A model generated the notes under the pieces. The model did not search any database. It saw nothing but the letters and a program-made list of their open reading frames with translations, and had not been told where the DNA came from. Shown piece after piece: positions 48,001-63,117 of a stretch of 64,000 nt of DNA (positions are counted from its first letter, which is position 1; every line of letters starts with the position of its first letter). The DNA comes from Cenococcum geophilum (taxonomy: Eukaryota): the NCBI GenBank assembly GCA_050273025.1, contig CP158635.1, positions 7,998,001-8,062,000 on the forward strand, given 5' to 3'. A program made the position numbers and the translations under genes.

Positions 48001-50080
48001 GCCTATACGGAAGAAATCTTAGTAGAAGATATTGCTAGAATCTATATTAAAGAAGTATTCGTAAGATATAAAGCACTAAGTAAATTATATTAAATAGAGA
48101 TCTAAGATTTATAGCAGTATTTTAGAAGGTATTTTTAGTGGAATAAGGAGTTTAAGTAGTAACTTCTACTGTATATTACCCGTAGATAGACGGTTAAATA
48201 GAAAGATTAAACTAGACACTAGAGCAGTATCTAAGGTATTATATTAATTACGTATAGAATAATTAGGTATTACTATTACTAGTTATATAGTTTATATATA
48301 ATACAACACTATAAGAAGAAATAGGTATGTTACTATTTAAGGCGAATTATAGATATAAGCTAAGAATATTATTATCGCTATATTAAGTAAAGAAAATAAG
48401 TAGTAAAGCTAAATAAAGAATAGAGACTTTAATAAATCTTTATATAAACCTTATGGAAATAGCTAAGGTGGTATAGTAAAGAATAAAAAAGTACTACGAT
48501 GCTAAGAGATCTAAGGGACTAGATCTTAAGGAGGGAGATAAAGTATAGCTACTATATAAAAATTTTAAAAGTTAACGACTAAGCAAGAAGTTAGACTATG
48601 TTAGACTAGGACCTTTTAAAATTATATAAAGGATTTTACTAGTTATATTTAAGTTAAACCTACTAGCTAAAATAAAGATCTACCCTATATAGTATATTGC
48701 GATACTAGAGCTAGTATATAGGAATATTAAGCCACTAGTCTATAAGGCAGATATATATAGAGGATAGGAAGAAAATAAATAGTAAGTTTTAAAGATTATT
48801 AGTTATAAGGACACTAATAATAAAATATAGTATAAGGTTAAGTGGATAGGCTATAATAAGACTACCTAGGAACTACTAAAGAATTTAAAAAATGCTATGG
48901 GAAAGGTATAGGAGTATTAAAAGAAAATAGGTTAGGTAATATTAATAAAAAAGGATCGTTAAAGAATAAGTTACCTAAGGGGGACCTAGAAAGAGCAACT
49001 GCCGAACTACTTAGAGTTATTCCCTTTACTATAAGAGGAGAGTTAGTTCTCTTATTACCTAGTTCCTATAGACCTTATTTTATAAGTTTCTACTCTTTAA
49101 AATGGACCTTCTTACGCACTTTTTTAAGACGAAGTAGATGGGCAGATACCGCAATACGAGTATTTAGAGCCTTTTGTTCCGTATCCTAAGAACGCTTAAG
49201 TTTAGTAAGGGCCTATACTAGGTTACTATTAAGCTTTGTAGTAGTAGATTAAATATAAAACCCTATAATAAATTACTTAGGGAACTTAAAGACTATTAAG
49301 AGTTATAGGACGCGCATACTTAGCGTTAAAGGTAAAGCGAATATCGTAAGATAATTAAACGTTTGCTTTAGTGTACTCTAAATAAAAGGAGGGTTGCTAA
49401 GATAAAGGACTTGCTAGCGTAATATACACTAGCCTTTCTTTTAAGCAACAAGAATACGGAGATAGCATTATTTCACTAAGCAATAGTATTATAGTAATAG
49501 TGCGAGCACGATGTTGCGCATATAAAGAAAAAGAAGCTTTAGGTATTATAAATAACGATATTAACTAAATTAATTAGACGGATATTATACCTCTAGTAAA
49601 CAACTTGGAAATACTAGGTATCTTTAAGAATAAAGATAAAAAGAAGGGAGATGGTATTACGGACGCTTTAAGTATAATATTATAACTACTTAGAGAAGAG
49701 TTAAAAGAAGCTAGTTAGTTAATATAAGTATAGTCTAGGATGGAACCCGTGGAACTATATAACGAAGAATAGTAGCTAAGGTTATATAAGGTGCTATATA
49801 AGGAACGTAAAGAATAAAGGGAACTTATGTACCTTATGTATAACATATATATTATATATAAGAAGGATTTTATAGGAGTACGGTTATATATTTAAGGACC
49901 CTTAGTCCCTACTTAGATAGTTCCTTTCTTATAGTAATTCTTAGAATATAATTAGAGTTAATCTGTTAGACAACTACTCCACTAGTTGTTATTACGTTGT
50001 TAACTACTATCTTTGCATTTCCTATACACCTAGCCCATTAATAGAACCTATTGTAGTTCCTGCTATAAGGTTTTGTTATA
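42050..50080 (+). mobile_element. Full-length RIPed Gypsy element B (LTRs 42050-42475 and 49655-50080, 426 bp; TSD AATGC), a relative of element A
   Basis: AATGC at 42045-42049 and 50081-50085; PPT AAAAAGAAGGGAGATGG before the 3' LTR. gag with CCHC remnant at ~43525-43570, PR ALIDS at ~45670, RT at ~46200-46900, RH, INT at ~47700-48400, chromodomain at ~48780-48920. Confidence 0.92.
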
Positions 50081-53000
50081 AATGCTACCTAACCTAATCT
50101 CTTTTAATACTCCTATACCTTTCTTATAGCGTTCTTTAAATTCTATAGTAGTTCCTAGGTAGCCTTATTATAGCCTATCTACTTAACCTTATACTATATT
50201 TTATCGTTAATGTCCTTATAACTAATAATCTTTAAAACTTACTATTTGTCTTCCTCTTGTCCTCTATATATATCTGCTTTATAAATTAGTAGCTTAATAT
50301 TCCCATATACTGGCTTTAGCATTATAATATACTATATAGGGTAGATTTTTATCTTAGCTAGTAGATTTAACTTAAATATAACTGGTAAAATCCTTTATAT
50401 AATTTTAAAAGGTCCTAGTCTAACATGGTCTAACTTCTTACTTAGTTATTAACTCTTAAAATATTTATATAGTAGATATACTTTATCCCCCTCCTTAAGA
50501 TCTGGTCCCTTAGATCTCTTAGTATTATAATACTTTTTTATCCTTTCTTATACCTTTTTTGCTAATTCTATAAGGTCTATATAAAGGTTTATTAACGTCT
50601 TTATTTTTTCTTTAGCTATACTACTTATTTTCTTTACTTATCTTAGTAATAACGATATTCTTAGCTTATACCTATAATTCGCCTTAAATAGTAATATACC
50701 TATTTCTTCTTATAGTGTTATATTATATATAAACTATATAACTAGTAATAGCAATACCTAATTATTTTATATATAATTAATATAATACCTTAAATACTGT
50801 TCTAGTGTCTAGTTTAATCTTTCCGTTTATCTGTCCGTCTGCGGATAATATATAGTAAAAGTTGCTGCTCTAACTCCTTATTCTGCTAAGAATACCTCCT
50901 AAAATACTGCTATAAATCTTAGATCTCTATCCAATATAATTTTGCTTAGTACTCTATATCTTATAAATACTTCTTTAATATAGATTTTAGTAATATCTTT
51001 CGCTAAGATTTCTTCTATATATGCTATAAAGTAGCCCTATTTAGTTAACTTATCCACTATTACTAAGATTACGTTATACTCTTATCTAGTAATAGGATCT
51101 CTTAACTTTAGTAACTTAATAATAAAGTCCTATAATATAACCTCCTATAGTCTCTCTAGTATTTTAATAGGTTATAGCCCTCTATATAGCTTATACCTTA
51201 TTAGTTTATTTCTTTAATAATCTAGATACTCTTTTATTACTTTTCTAGCTATGCCCTAGATTCTATTAATAATGTATTCTCTCTAAAGTCTTAATACTAA
51301 GCCTGTTGCTCTATTATGTCCTTAAGTTATTTCCTTATAAAAATCTTCTATAAAATGCTCTGCTATACTTTTTAAGATATACTTTATTTCTTAATTTTCG
51401 TATATATCTATCTATAGATCTTTTAGCTATGCTTTTAGAATTCTTTATACCTAAAAGCTCTCTAGTGTCTTGTAGACTCTTTCTAGTTCTTTATCCTCTT
51501 AAGTTACTGCTAGCTTAGGGTAATTGTACCTAATTAATCCGTCCTTATCTCTGCGTAGTATTGCTCCTAATAGCTTCTTATTGTTCTATAGTTTAGCCTT
51601 CCTGCTAAGTATATCTACTTTTATATTTTTAGTTCCTTTAATATACTAAATTTCGAAATAGTATTCTATAAGCATCTCTGCCCATCTAACTTATCTATAA
51701 TTAAGTTCTTTTATTATTAGGAACCCTATTAGGTTTTTATAATCCGTCTTAACTATAAATAATTTCTCTGTGCTTTATAAGAATGCTTTCTATTCCTTAA
51801 GTACTGTAACTATACCTAATAACCCTTTATTATAGACGTTATAGTTTAACCCTAGTAGTGTTATCTTCCGACTATAGTATGCCACTAGATGCTATGTGCT
51901 CCTATACTTCTATAGTAAATATACTCCTAGTATAAAGTCCAATATATTTATTTCTATAACCGTATCTAGTCCTAGTTAATAGATCTTAAGAATTGGCTCT
52001 TAGGTAAATAACTCTTTAAGCTCCTTAAATAGCTTCTTTTATTTATCTCCTTATACCTATAGTTCCTTTTTTAGTAAGCCTAGTAAACGGTTTAATATTC
52101 TTTAACTATTATACTATAAACCTTCTGTAGTAGTTGCAAACCCCTAAAAATAACCTTAACTGCGTTATATTCTCTGGTTCTTACTAACTCACTATAGCTT
52201 TAATCTTTTTTAGGTCTATACTAATATAACCTAGTTTAATAATAAATCTTATAAAATTAGTCTTCTTAGTAAAGAACTCGCATTTCTTAATTACTACTAG
52301 CATCTATTCTTCTTATAGTCTCTTTAAAACCCATTTAACGTATTCCCCGTGTTCTTCCTTAGTTATTAAGTAAATAATAATATTGTTAAGGTATACTATA
52401 ATAAACTTATTAAGGTATTCTCCTAATATACTATTAATTCTCTTTTAAAATATTACTAGTATATTTATTAACCTAAATTGCATAACTAATAGTTTATATA
52501 GTCCTTCTCTTAACCTAAAGGCTGCCTTTTATTTATCGCCTTCCTTAATTCTAATCTAATAGTACGCCCATCTTAGATCTATCTTTATAAAGATTTACGC
52601 ATTACCTATCTAATCCTAAATTTCGCTAGTTAAGGGTAAAGGATACCTATCCTTTTAAGTAATGCTATTTAACTATCTATAGTTAATATATAACCTAAGT
52701 TTTCTGTTTTTCTTTAGTACGAACAATACTAGATATCCTACTAATAACTATAATGGTCTAATATATCCTTTTTATAAGTTCTTTTAGACAAACTCCTTAA
52801 GTGCTCTTAACTCCTCTTAAGTAAGCTTATAGGTTAGAAAGAACCTTAGACTTATTCCCGGTTCTAACTCTATTTTATAGTTTTATACTATATAATCTAC
52901 TAGCTTTTCACTTTCTGGACTCTATAATTTCTTGCTATACTTATAGTATCTTTTTAGTATATAACTTAAGCCTCGCTTAGTCTCTTTATATATTGCTCTA

Positions 53001-56000
53001 ACTTAGTACTATACTAACTTAATTTACTGTTATATCTTATATTATTAAGTATCCCTAATATTAACCTAACCTATAATCTAATTAATCTTTAGATTATATT
53101 CCTGTAACTAAGGCATGCCTAATACTGCCTTATCCCGTCCTAATAGTAGAATATTAAAAGACATCTTAATTTATCTCCCTTTAATGGTTATCTAAATAGG
53201 TCCTATTTTAAGATTGATAATCCCTCCTCTATAAGCTATTGGATCTCCTAAAATTGTAACTAATAGGTAAGGTTATTCCTTTTATCTGTAAGGTAATTCT
53301 ATTCTTTTAACTACTGCTAGTAAGATATAGTTTCTTATTACTTTACTATTTATTAGTGCTTCAAACTACTAATCTTACTAATTAACTTATAAATTTAGGT
53401 GTTGTCCTTAAATTCCTTTAAGGGTCTAAGGCTCTACTACTAGCTCCCTTTAGTTCTATAGGCCTCTACTTTTCCTAATTATTAGCTGCTTAATCCTTAT
53501 ATACTTAGCTTACTCTTAGGCTAATATCTAGTTTACTTTTTATCCTCTATATACTATAGATATGTGTTCTTTAGGCACTCCTACCACTATTATCCATTTA
53601 AGTATTCTTCCGTAAGGAATCTTCCTAGTTAAAGTATTAAGTCCCCTAACTCCCAAACTTCTACTAGATGCTATCCGTGTATATATTTAGCATTTCTATA
53701 CTGTTACTTATTTGGCGCCTAATATATCCTTACTAGGTACTTCTAATTCTTTTCTTTTAGATTCTTATGTATTTTGTATATATCGTCTATATATATAATC
53801 CATACTAATATATAATATGCTAGGTACTTTAGGTTAACTCTTAACGTATTTTTATCTTTAAGTTTAAACCTTTATCGTGTTAATCTAAACGTTATAACTT
53901 TATTTATAGGTACTAAGATACGTCTTTTACTTCTCTAGTCCTCTAATTATTTCTTTAGATCCTTTAACGTTATAATTAAGGCTCCCTTAATATAACTTAT
54001 AGCTTTTTCTATAATAGGGTAGTCCTAAATAACTTTTTTGTCTAACCATATATAGAAATCTTCTTACTTATTATTATGTCGTTGCCTATACCACTTTTAG
54101 TATAGCTATTAGAGTATATACGGCTTGTCTATAAGGAAGTATCTTCTTATTACTATATTATAATAGCCCTTTATATATCGTTCTTTAAACCTAGTAGGGA
54201 TTCTAAGATCCTCTTTGTTTTCTAGTTCAGTAAGCCACTTAGCTCTTAGTATGCCTACTCTAGGCCTATTAGTAATTCTTTATATAGGTGCTCTATCCCT
54301 TATACAACCTAGTGTGCTAGATCTTTTATCTAGTTTCTGTTCTTACTATACAATAATTCTTTATCTAAACTCCGTTATGGTTTCTTTTGGTTTTCGCCTT
54401 ATAAGTAGATCCTTAAAGTCCTCTTACTTCTTAATCTTAGTATTAATTTCTTTAATAGTCCTTATTTGTATATTAAAATCTTAGTCTTATAGGATTCTTA
54501 ATCCTAAGCTTACTTCTATCTTAAGCTTAGCTCCAGCCTTAGTCTAATTAGGCTTCTATAGTATTCTTATCTTGTCTTAAGAGTCTTAAATCTTATTTAT
54601 CTCGTCCTAAGAATCTTATATCTTTAGGAAACTTCGTCCTAAGCTCATTTATATATCGCTAAACAGAGCCGTTACTCTGCTCTATTGGTTATCGTCTATT
54701 ATAGGTCCTTAAGCTTACCTTATCTTATCTTAAGAATCTTAGTTATTTCTTATCTCTTCTTAAAAATCTTAAGTCTATAGCTTTTTGCCTTTATTAAGTG
54801 CTAAAGTGGTTTACTATTCTACTTCTCTTGCGTTTTATAAAGCAATAGACATCATATCTAGTAGGGTCTTAATCCCTACTAATATTCCCTACTCTATAGT
54901 AGAATTATTCTCTACCTCTTTTATAACATCTCTAAGGTCTATATACTCCTAATAAGCTGCCCTTATTACCTTATTATAACTAAATATTTCGCCTATATTA
55001 AATTTATTATCCTTAATATCCAATCTATAAACTAGTTTATTAGTTCCTCTAAACTCTAATAATTTTAGCTCTTATAGCTAATAGCTTGCGCTATACTTAG
55101 CGTCCTTATAAATTTGGTATATATTATTATAATAAAACGCGAAACTTTTAATTAAATATTCTTTTATTCCTCGCAGTATATTATTATCCCTCTATACATA
55201 TATATTATCTACTAGTCTCGTTCCTTTTACTATATAGTAACTCTATTTACTTTTATAGTCTTTAACGTAATAACCTTATTTCCCGCAATTTATATAAGCT
55301 TCTTCTTTAACCCATTTTTTTTAATTATGGAGTCCGCCTAAACATCTTTTACTATTAAAATCCCTAGTTTAGCCTCTGCTCCTTAGACCTTTAATTACTT
55401 AATTCTTATCCTCTAGGTTTCTATAGTCTTTTATTCCATTTCTTATTTTCTTTAATACTACTTAGGTCTATTGGCTTTACGCCATACTATAGTTTTTAAC
55501 TTTAACTTTATTATTGCATGCCCTGCGCCTTATATAACTATAGAACTCTATCCTAACCCTTTTTAGTCTACTCTCTTTAGTAGATCCTATTATTAATTTT
55601 AATTACTTAATTAATTAATTCTCTAAAAGTATCTGCATCTTCTATTAAGATAATTACGTTCTAAACTTTTGCCTTAAGTCCTTGCTTATACTATGCTTAA
55701 GCGCCTTATTATTCTATTTAACCTATATTACCAACGTTTAAAACTACGTCGTGTATTCGATTACTAAAGTTCTCTATACTAGGTTTTAAAGTTTTCTTTC
55801 TGCCGTAGTAGTTACCTCCAGGTCTCCAAATATTTGCATTAATTATTCTATAAGCCCGCTCTAACTTAAAAATATATACCGTACCTCCTAGTTAATAGTT
55901 GTTATGCCGTGCTCCTATACCTCTGTAAGGTAAGGTTTAAACTACTTAAGTGCCCTTCCTATTAAGAACAGTTCTATGTAAGCAACTTAATCCATAGGTA

Positions 56001-56723
56001 TTCCTAGTTTAACTCCTTCCTATATAACCTTAAAGTGCATTTATATAAGGAATCCCTTAAGCTTTAACTTCTCCCCTAAGAATCGTTTAATTAAGGGTAA
56101 CTTAACCTTAGCTGCTCCGATTCCATTAATCCTTTCTTTAAATATCCTATTGTTATCTGTTAATTAATTAACTATTTCCTATAGCTATCTAACGGTAACT
56201 AGCTAAGAGTCAGTATCTACTATACTAGTGTCGTTACCTAATCCTAATATAGTTGCTGCCGTTAACGGCGTTGTGGCTGCTGCTTTTAGTGGCATGTTGT
56301 TCGACTTTATTAATACTATAACCTTAGTAGTGAATGTGTAATAAAGCCTTGTAGGAAATACTACGGTAGACTTATTAATAGGCTAGGTATATAGGTAAAC
56401 AGGAAGTTAATAATGTAATAATAACTAGTGAAGTGGTTGCCTAATAGATTAACTCTAATTATATTCTAAGATTTACTATAAAGGAGAGAACTATCTAGGT
56501 AGGGACTGTGGTCCTTTAAATACACAACCGTACTCCTAAGAAATCCCCTTTATACGTAATATACGTGTGCTCTATCTACTCTGTTATAGATTATACAGAT
56601 CCTATAGATTCTATAGATTACGTTATATAACCTTAGCTACTATTTCTCGTTATATAGCTTTACTAGTTCCATTCTGGACCGTGCCTATATTAACTAACTA
56701 GCTTCTTCTAACTCCTCTCCTAG

Positions 56724-59700
56724 TGTGGGAGGGTACGACCACTCTTAGATAGGAAAGTCACAGTGCTGTCTGTCTGTCGGTCGGTCGGTCAGTTGGTCAG
56801 TCAGTCGTAATCAATCAGTAGGAAAGCAGTCAGTAAGAAGAAAGGAAAGAATGTATTCCCCGGTAGGTTGTGATAGGAAGAAGGAGAGAAGCCGAAGGCT
56901 CGATATATACAGGAAAATGCCAAGGCACTAAGTAGTGGCCCATTTTACCCCACTATATACCTCCCCCACTAAGAACGTTGTCCCCTAACATTCTATACTA
57001 TAGAAGAATAGCTAAATAAAAGAATAGCAAAAGCAGAATAGAAAAAGGAAAGTATATCCCTAAAAGAATATAGGTAACCTTATCCTTAGCCCTCCTATAG
57101 AACTATCCTACAGTGTCCTTCCTACTAGCGGTAACCAAAATAGCTGTAAACCAGAAATGATAATAGCAGTAGCAGCAGTAGCAGTAGTAGTAGTAGTAAC
57201 GGTAGTAGTAATGGTAAAAAGCAGACAGTTAGCGCAGTAAGACAAAGCAAAACAGTCAATGGTAGAGCGATTAGTAATAGAACAGTCGGTAGAAGAACTT
57301 GGTCTGTATAGTAAGCAGTAGGACATCTAGTAGCAGAACTTTTAGTAGCAGAAATCTCGGTAGCGGCAGTCAGTCGGTAGCAGTCAGTCAGTAGCAGTCA
57401 GTCAGTAGCAGTTAGTCAGTAGCAGTCAGTCGGTAGCAGTCAGTCGGTAGTAGTCAGCCGGTAGTAGTTAGTAAGAACGGTAGTAGGAGAATAATTGAAA
57501 TAATAGAACGGAACAGTCGGAATAGCAATGGCAGTAGTGGCAGCGGTAGAACAGCTGGTCGGTAGCAGTAGAATAGATCGGTTGGAATAGCAGTATAGAA
57601 CGGCATAACAGACCTAGTAGATCTAGCAGTAAATAGACCTAGCAGCAGTACAAATCTAGGACGGTAGAGACAGCAGTTGGTAGAGACAGCAGTCGGTTAA
57701 AATAGTAGGGATAAAATAGCCGGACGGAATAGTGGCAGCAGTAGCGGTGGCGGCAGGGCAGTCGATTAAAACGGCAGAGACTACGGCCCAACTTAGTGGT
57801 TCGGCTGGTCGTTTAATATTAAGGCTCTATACCTAGCTCTGCATCGGTCTGCATCGTATACGGCTCTTAATTAAGGCTCTATCCGTGGCTTTGTATCAGG
57901 CCCTGTATCGCCAAGCTTTACGTCCATATAGCTCTGCATCTAACTGTGCGGCTGACTGTACATCTAGCTGTGCATTAGTAGTTCTGCATTACATAGTCTG
58001 CGTCCATATCTGCGTGGGTGCCTACATGCCTGCTTTAACTGTTAGACGAAGACTGTCTAATTGGTCGGCGACGACGTGCTGCAACTGATCGTTCGGTTGT
58101 TCGATTAAGGTAGAAAGTTGGCCCAGCCGAAGGCTCTAATTGTCCTGACTTGAATGCGGAGACGGCGTTTAACTAATTAAGATCTAACGAGGCCCTGGCT
58201 TAACTTAAGGTGTCTTCTACTATATATACGACTGGGGCTTTGTATTTATAGACAGTTAATTAAAGCTTTTGTATAGACGTCCGATGTTAAGGTTCCGTAT
58301 CTACCGTTTAATTAAGGCTTCGCATTTATAGGCGTCCAGTTAAGCTGCCGTACTGTTGTCCAATTAACGCTCTACACCTATATATTCTATATCCGTAGGG
58401 TCTATATATGACTCCGTATAAGACTCTATATAAAGCTCCGTATCTATATCTATAGGAAAGATTGTTCTAGTTAACTAATCTATAGGCGTTAAGACGGGTA
58501 GTAATTGATTAATAAGGGGGGGATAGCTAAGGAAAGAAGCTCCCATAAAGGCTCTAAGACGTTAATTAGCTCTACTTCTGACGTTATATTGGCCGTATAC
58601 TAATTTCCTAGTTAGGCCTAGTGCCTGTCTGTCTGCTATTATAGAATCTTTAACTGCTAATTAAAGACGTCTAATGGCGACGGTGACTGATTTGATTTGA
58701 CTATAACAACGTATAATCGACTAACATTTAAATAGGGTATTAGGTCGGCCTAACCGAAGGCTCTAATTTAATAACTTAACTGTAGAGGCAGCGTTTAACT
58801 GATTAGGATTTAACTAAGGCTTTAGCTTAACTTAAGGCGTCTTCTGCTATACGTACAACCTAGGTTCTACATCCATAAGCTCTATATCTACGGATAATTA
58901 ATTAAGACCCTAGCTGTGCAGTCGTTTTATTAAAGCTTTATATCCATATAGTTAATTAATTGGGGCTCTGCATCTGTAGTCAATTAAGGCTCTTAGTGTC
59001 CACTAGACATCTAATCTAGAGGCCTATCCTAAGACTTCCTTCTTTATAAGCACTAACAGTAGCTTCCTCTAAACCACTATAATAGGCCTAGCGCTTTTAT
59101 AGGACGTCCTTAATAGCTACTTTCTTCCTTTTCTAAATCGTCCTTGCTCTTAGCTTCTTTGCTATATCTTTAGGCTTTTATAGCTGCTTTTTTGATCCCG
59201 CTGCTAGCAGTACGCTTATATATCCTTGATCTTTTTTTAGCTTAAGAGCCTTCTAGGGACTGTCTTCTACTTTTAGTCTCTTTATTATCCGGTGACAGCT
59301 TCTTAGCTATTATAACTACCTCCGTCGCATATCCCTTGCCCTTACATCTATAATACAGTCCTTTTATTAAGATAATCTCTGAGGAAAAAGTATTGGTTTC
59401 TATACGTCCAATTCCTATTCCCCTTGTAATCCTTAATAAAGTCCTTTACTAGCTTAGCTAGATACGGCTTAGTTCTGTCTTTAGTTATATAAGGATGGTT
59501 TAAGCTTAATATAGTTAGCTACGCCTTATATATAATCTCTCGCAGAGCATCTTTATTAGTGCCTCTTTATATACTACTTTACGGTTCCGCGGTACTTGTT
59601 TCCAATATCGTGCTACTATCCTTATATATAGGTCCCTTCCTTACCATAGTGTCTGTTCTTATTATACAGCCAATATAGTACTAAATTTAGGTAGTAGGGC

Positions 59701-62700
59701 AGAGCTGCAATTAGCTATCATTTAAATAAGGAACAAAGTCGGCCCGGTTAAAGGCTCTAATTTAATAACATTTAACTAATTTAATGCAGTAACGGCGACG
59801 TGCTAATATTAAGGCTCTGGCTTAATTCGATTCTTTAACTAGTCGTGGCTTTAGTATGGTTACTCGATTAATTAAGGCATCCGTACAGTTATTTAATTAA
59901 GGCTTTGCGTCTAGCTTTGCGTTTAGCTCTATATTATATAATCGGCTCTATATCTATATAATTAATTAAGGCTCTTAGTGCCGTTCTTATTATACAGTTA
60001 GCGTATTATTAAATTTTAGGGGCGGTATAGAGTTTTGCTAGCTTTATTGCTAAATGGACTAATTAGGATTTTCCGTCCCCGGGATGGAAAATCGCTATTG
60101 GCTTAGCGACAGGCGGTAAGCTGAACTAATATCTTTACGGCAGGTCGTCTTAACGCGTCGCGATTAAGAAAGTAAATAAGAACGGAGCTTTAGGAAATAT
60201 AGTAAATAAGTAGACAAATAGAAATCTTTTATACGGCCGTTACCTACGTCCCCTCCCCCACCTTAGAACTTAACTATCCCCTAGTTAAATATTCTATACC
60301 TACTATAGAGTCTACTTTAAGTGTCCGCCTCTAATAACTGTCTCCAATAACCATCTTTAAGGGTTAGGCGATTCTGATAATAGTCCTCCCTAGCTTTAGC
60401 TACCTTCTCCATAGGCCGTAACCTAATCTGCATATAGTCTTCTAGTCGTATATTACTCTCTTATAGCTTAATAGCTGTCCTAGTTACGCGGCTATCTTTA
60501 AGGGTTAGGTAATTCTAATAGTAGTCCCCCTAGTTTATACTTTTCTTATCACTAATCTTTAGCGCTGCTCCGTCATAGAAGGCCCGCTACTATATTTATT
60601 CTTTCTTCGGTCTGTTTAGGTCTGCTCCTTAGTATATATGGAGCTAGTTCTTAATGTTTTTTAATCGTCCCTTATTGCTGAGCTATGGTAGTTTAGGTCT
60701 AGGTCGGTCGCGTATCCCAGCTACTAGTCTTCCTTAATTAGATAGATATATAAATCCTTACTAAATAAGATCCTTTAAGCCTTAATATTCGTGCTTGGTA
60801 AAATGGTAACTTCCTCTACATCTAAAATAGGTCTATCGGCCCGGGCCAGATCGCGTGCCATCCTGCTAACCCCGTACGTCCCGCTGCGGTCGTCCAAAGG
60901 TAGTAGAATCTTGTGGATATTAGAAGTCCTATGAATATCGGAAGTCCTGCGGATATTGAGAGTCTTGTAGAGGTTAGGTGCTATTCTGCTAGTCTTTATA
61001 TCCTAGTGCCAGGCCATATCCTTATACTAGGCTTTAAACTATAGCTTAATCTATAGCGGGTAAATGCTACTGCATTAAGGCTCCTCCGTATATACTTGGT
61101 CTAACTAGGTCCGTTTCCTGGCTGGCTTAACAGGCGTTAGCTGTCTTATTTGGCTAAAAGATCGCAGGTAGTTAAAGGGTAGTATCTTTGCCTATAACTG
61201 GCTGCTAATTACAGAACTGCTTAACTAGCTAATAAAGGCTCTACTCCTTAGGGTCCATTTTTAATAGACAATCCATGCCCTTATATAAACTAAGCCTGTC
61301 CTCTATAGCTCTCTATAACTGATAGAAGTTAAAGGACTCTTATCTATCTAGATTAGCTCCCGTTTTAGCTATAGTATGCCTTTAATATTTAAGCGGAAGT
61401 CCTTTTACAAACTAGTACCCTTACTAAGCGTTCCCTAGATTGCCTACCTGCGTAACCCTTTAGGAGATTAGTGTGAACTACCTATAGTACTTACGTACGC
61501 TACTTGGCAGACTATCCCTATACTACTATATATAGGCTTCTAAGAATTCTACCGTTTCCATTTATCGAAATTGGTTACTTCCTTAGTATTCCGCCCTAAG
61601 CTTTCTTACAAGCTCCGTCCAGTTACTAGCTATAAACTTAGGTAAGCTTTGGATCTATATCCTTATCTAGTAATCGCAGTACTCTAGAAGGCCCTAGTGC
61701 TTTTTCTTACTTGTTATATAGTGTCGGACGCATAGCCGTTCGTACTGCTTAATAAACTGTAATACGTCCTGTCCTATAAAGTACGGAGTTCTAACAGTTC
61801 CTAGGGCTGGTATAGGCTAGACTATAACGTAGATCCTGTCTTAAGCTATTAACTACTGGTTATAGGGTGACGTATTTAGAGCTTCCTTAGGAGCTTATAG
61901 GTGGTCCTTATGGTTCTTATCCTTTGTTTGCTAAGGGTTATCGGTCCTAGGTATTACGGGTAAATGCTATAGTAGGTCTGCTTGCATTGCCGCCTAAGGT
62001 AATGGTGTTCTAGACGGCTATTCTGGTATTAGTTTATACTTAGCAAAAGAGGTATAGGCTTTAATTCCTTCTAGCTGCTTCTTAACGCCTAGAGGTCGGT
62101 CTTCCTGGGAGAGTATAGAATTGCCATCTTCTACTACTACCGGGTCTTAATACGTCCGTCTGTTTTAGCCTGCCGTTACTTTACGCGGTAGGGTACTGCT
62201 AAGCCTTACACTTCTGCCTATATCTACTTCTTTATGGAACGCCTCTGCAGCCGCCACTAACACGATCCGGATAACTTAAAAAAAGATAAAGCTAAACTAG
62301 AATAGGAAGCTTTCGAGGGCAGATCTGATCTTATATACTTACGACCTTGCTTAGTATTCTCTTTTCTGTTCCTAAAGGGCAGCGCTAATTTCCTCTACCG
62401 CTAGATGCCTTAAATCTCGTTTCCATCTAATTAATTAGCCCTTGGCTGCCTATTATCTCTACATCTTTAATAAAGCTCTAGCCATGTCCGTGCGCAGGTA
62501 GAAGAAATTGGGTATCTCTAACTGCCGGTTAAAGCTATCTAATTGGCTCGCTGGTTCACTTGACGTCCTTACACATAACTTTCCGAGACCTTTGCCACTC
62601 CTTTTTACCACTCTTTGGCCTATGCGTTAAGTTTAATGTCTGTCTTTTCTGCTGTCTTTCTGTTTAGGGACTACCTGGTTCCCCTTACTGTCCGATACTG

Positions 62701-63117
62701 CCTGGTTCTCTACTTTCGTCTCGTCTATCTGGCTGGCGGTTCTTCTATAGCTGGTTATTCTTCTATAGCTGGCGGTTCTTCTATAGTCGTGGTATGTTCC
62801 TACGCGTATATAGTTATATGTAGAATGCCAGACTTCTAATCCAAAGAGCTTGCCGTTGTCCCTACGTGGAATGCCATAAAATATATAGGAGGGTACGACC
62901 ACTCTTAGATAGGAAAGTTACAGTGCTGTCTATCTGTCGGTCGGTCGGTCGGTCGGTTAGTCAGTCGTAATCAATTAGTAGGAAAGCAGTTAGTAAGAAG
63001 AAAGGAAAGAATGTATTCCCTAGTAGGTCATAATAGGAAGAAGGAGAGAAGCCGAAGGCTCAATATATACAGGAAAATGCCAAGGCACTAAGTAGTGGCC
63101 CATTTTACCCCACCACA
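56724..63117 (-). mobile_element. LTR element C (234-bp LTRs 56724-56957 and 62884-63117; 4-bp TSD CTAG) without recognisable RT/INT, probably non-autonomous
   Basis: Near-identical LTRs TGTGGGAGGGTACG...CCCACCACA; CTAG at 56720-56723 and 63118-63121; minus-strand PPT AGTGGGGGAGGTA next to the left LTR. The interior has microsatellites and degenerate gag-like sequence. Confidence 0.8.
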
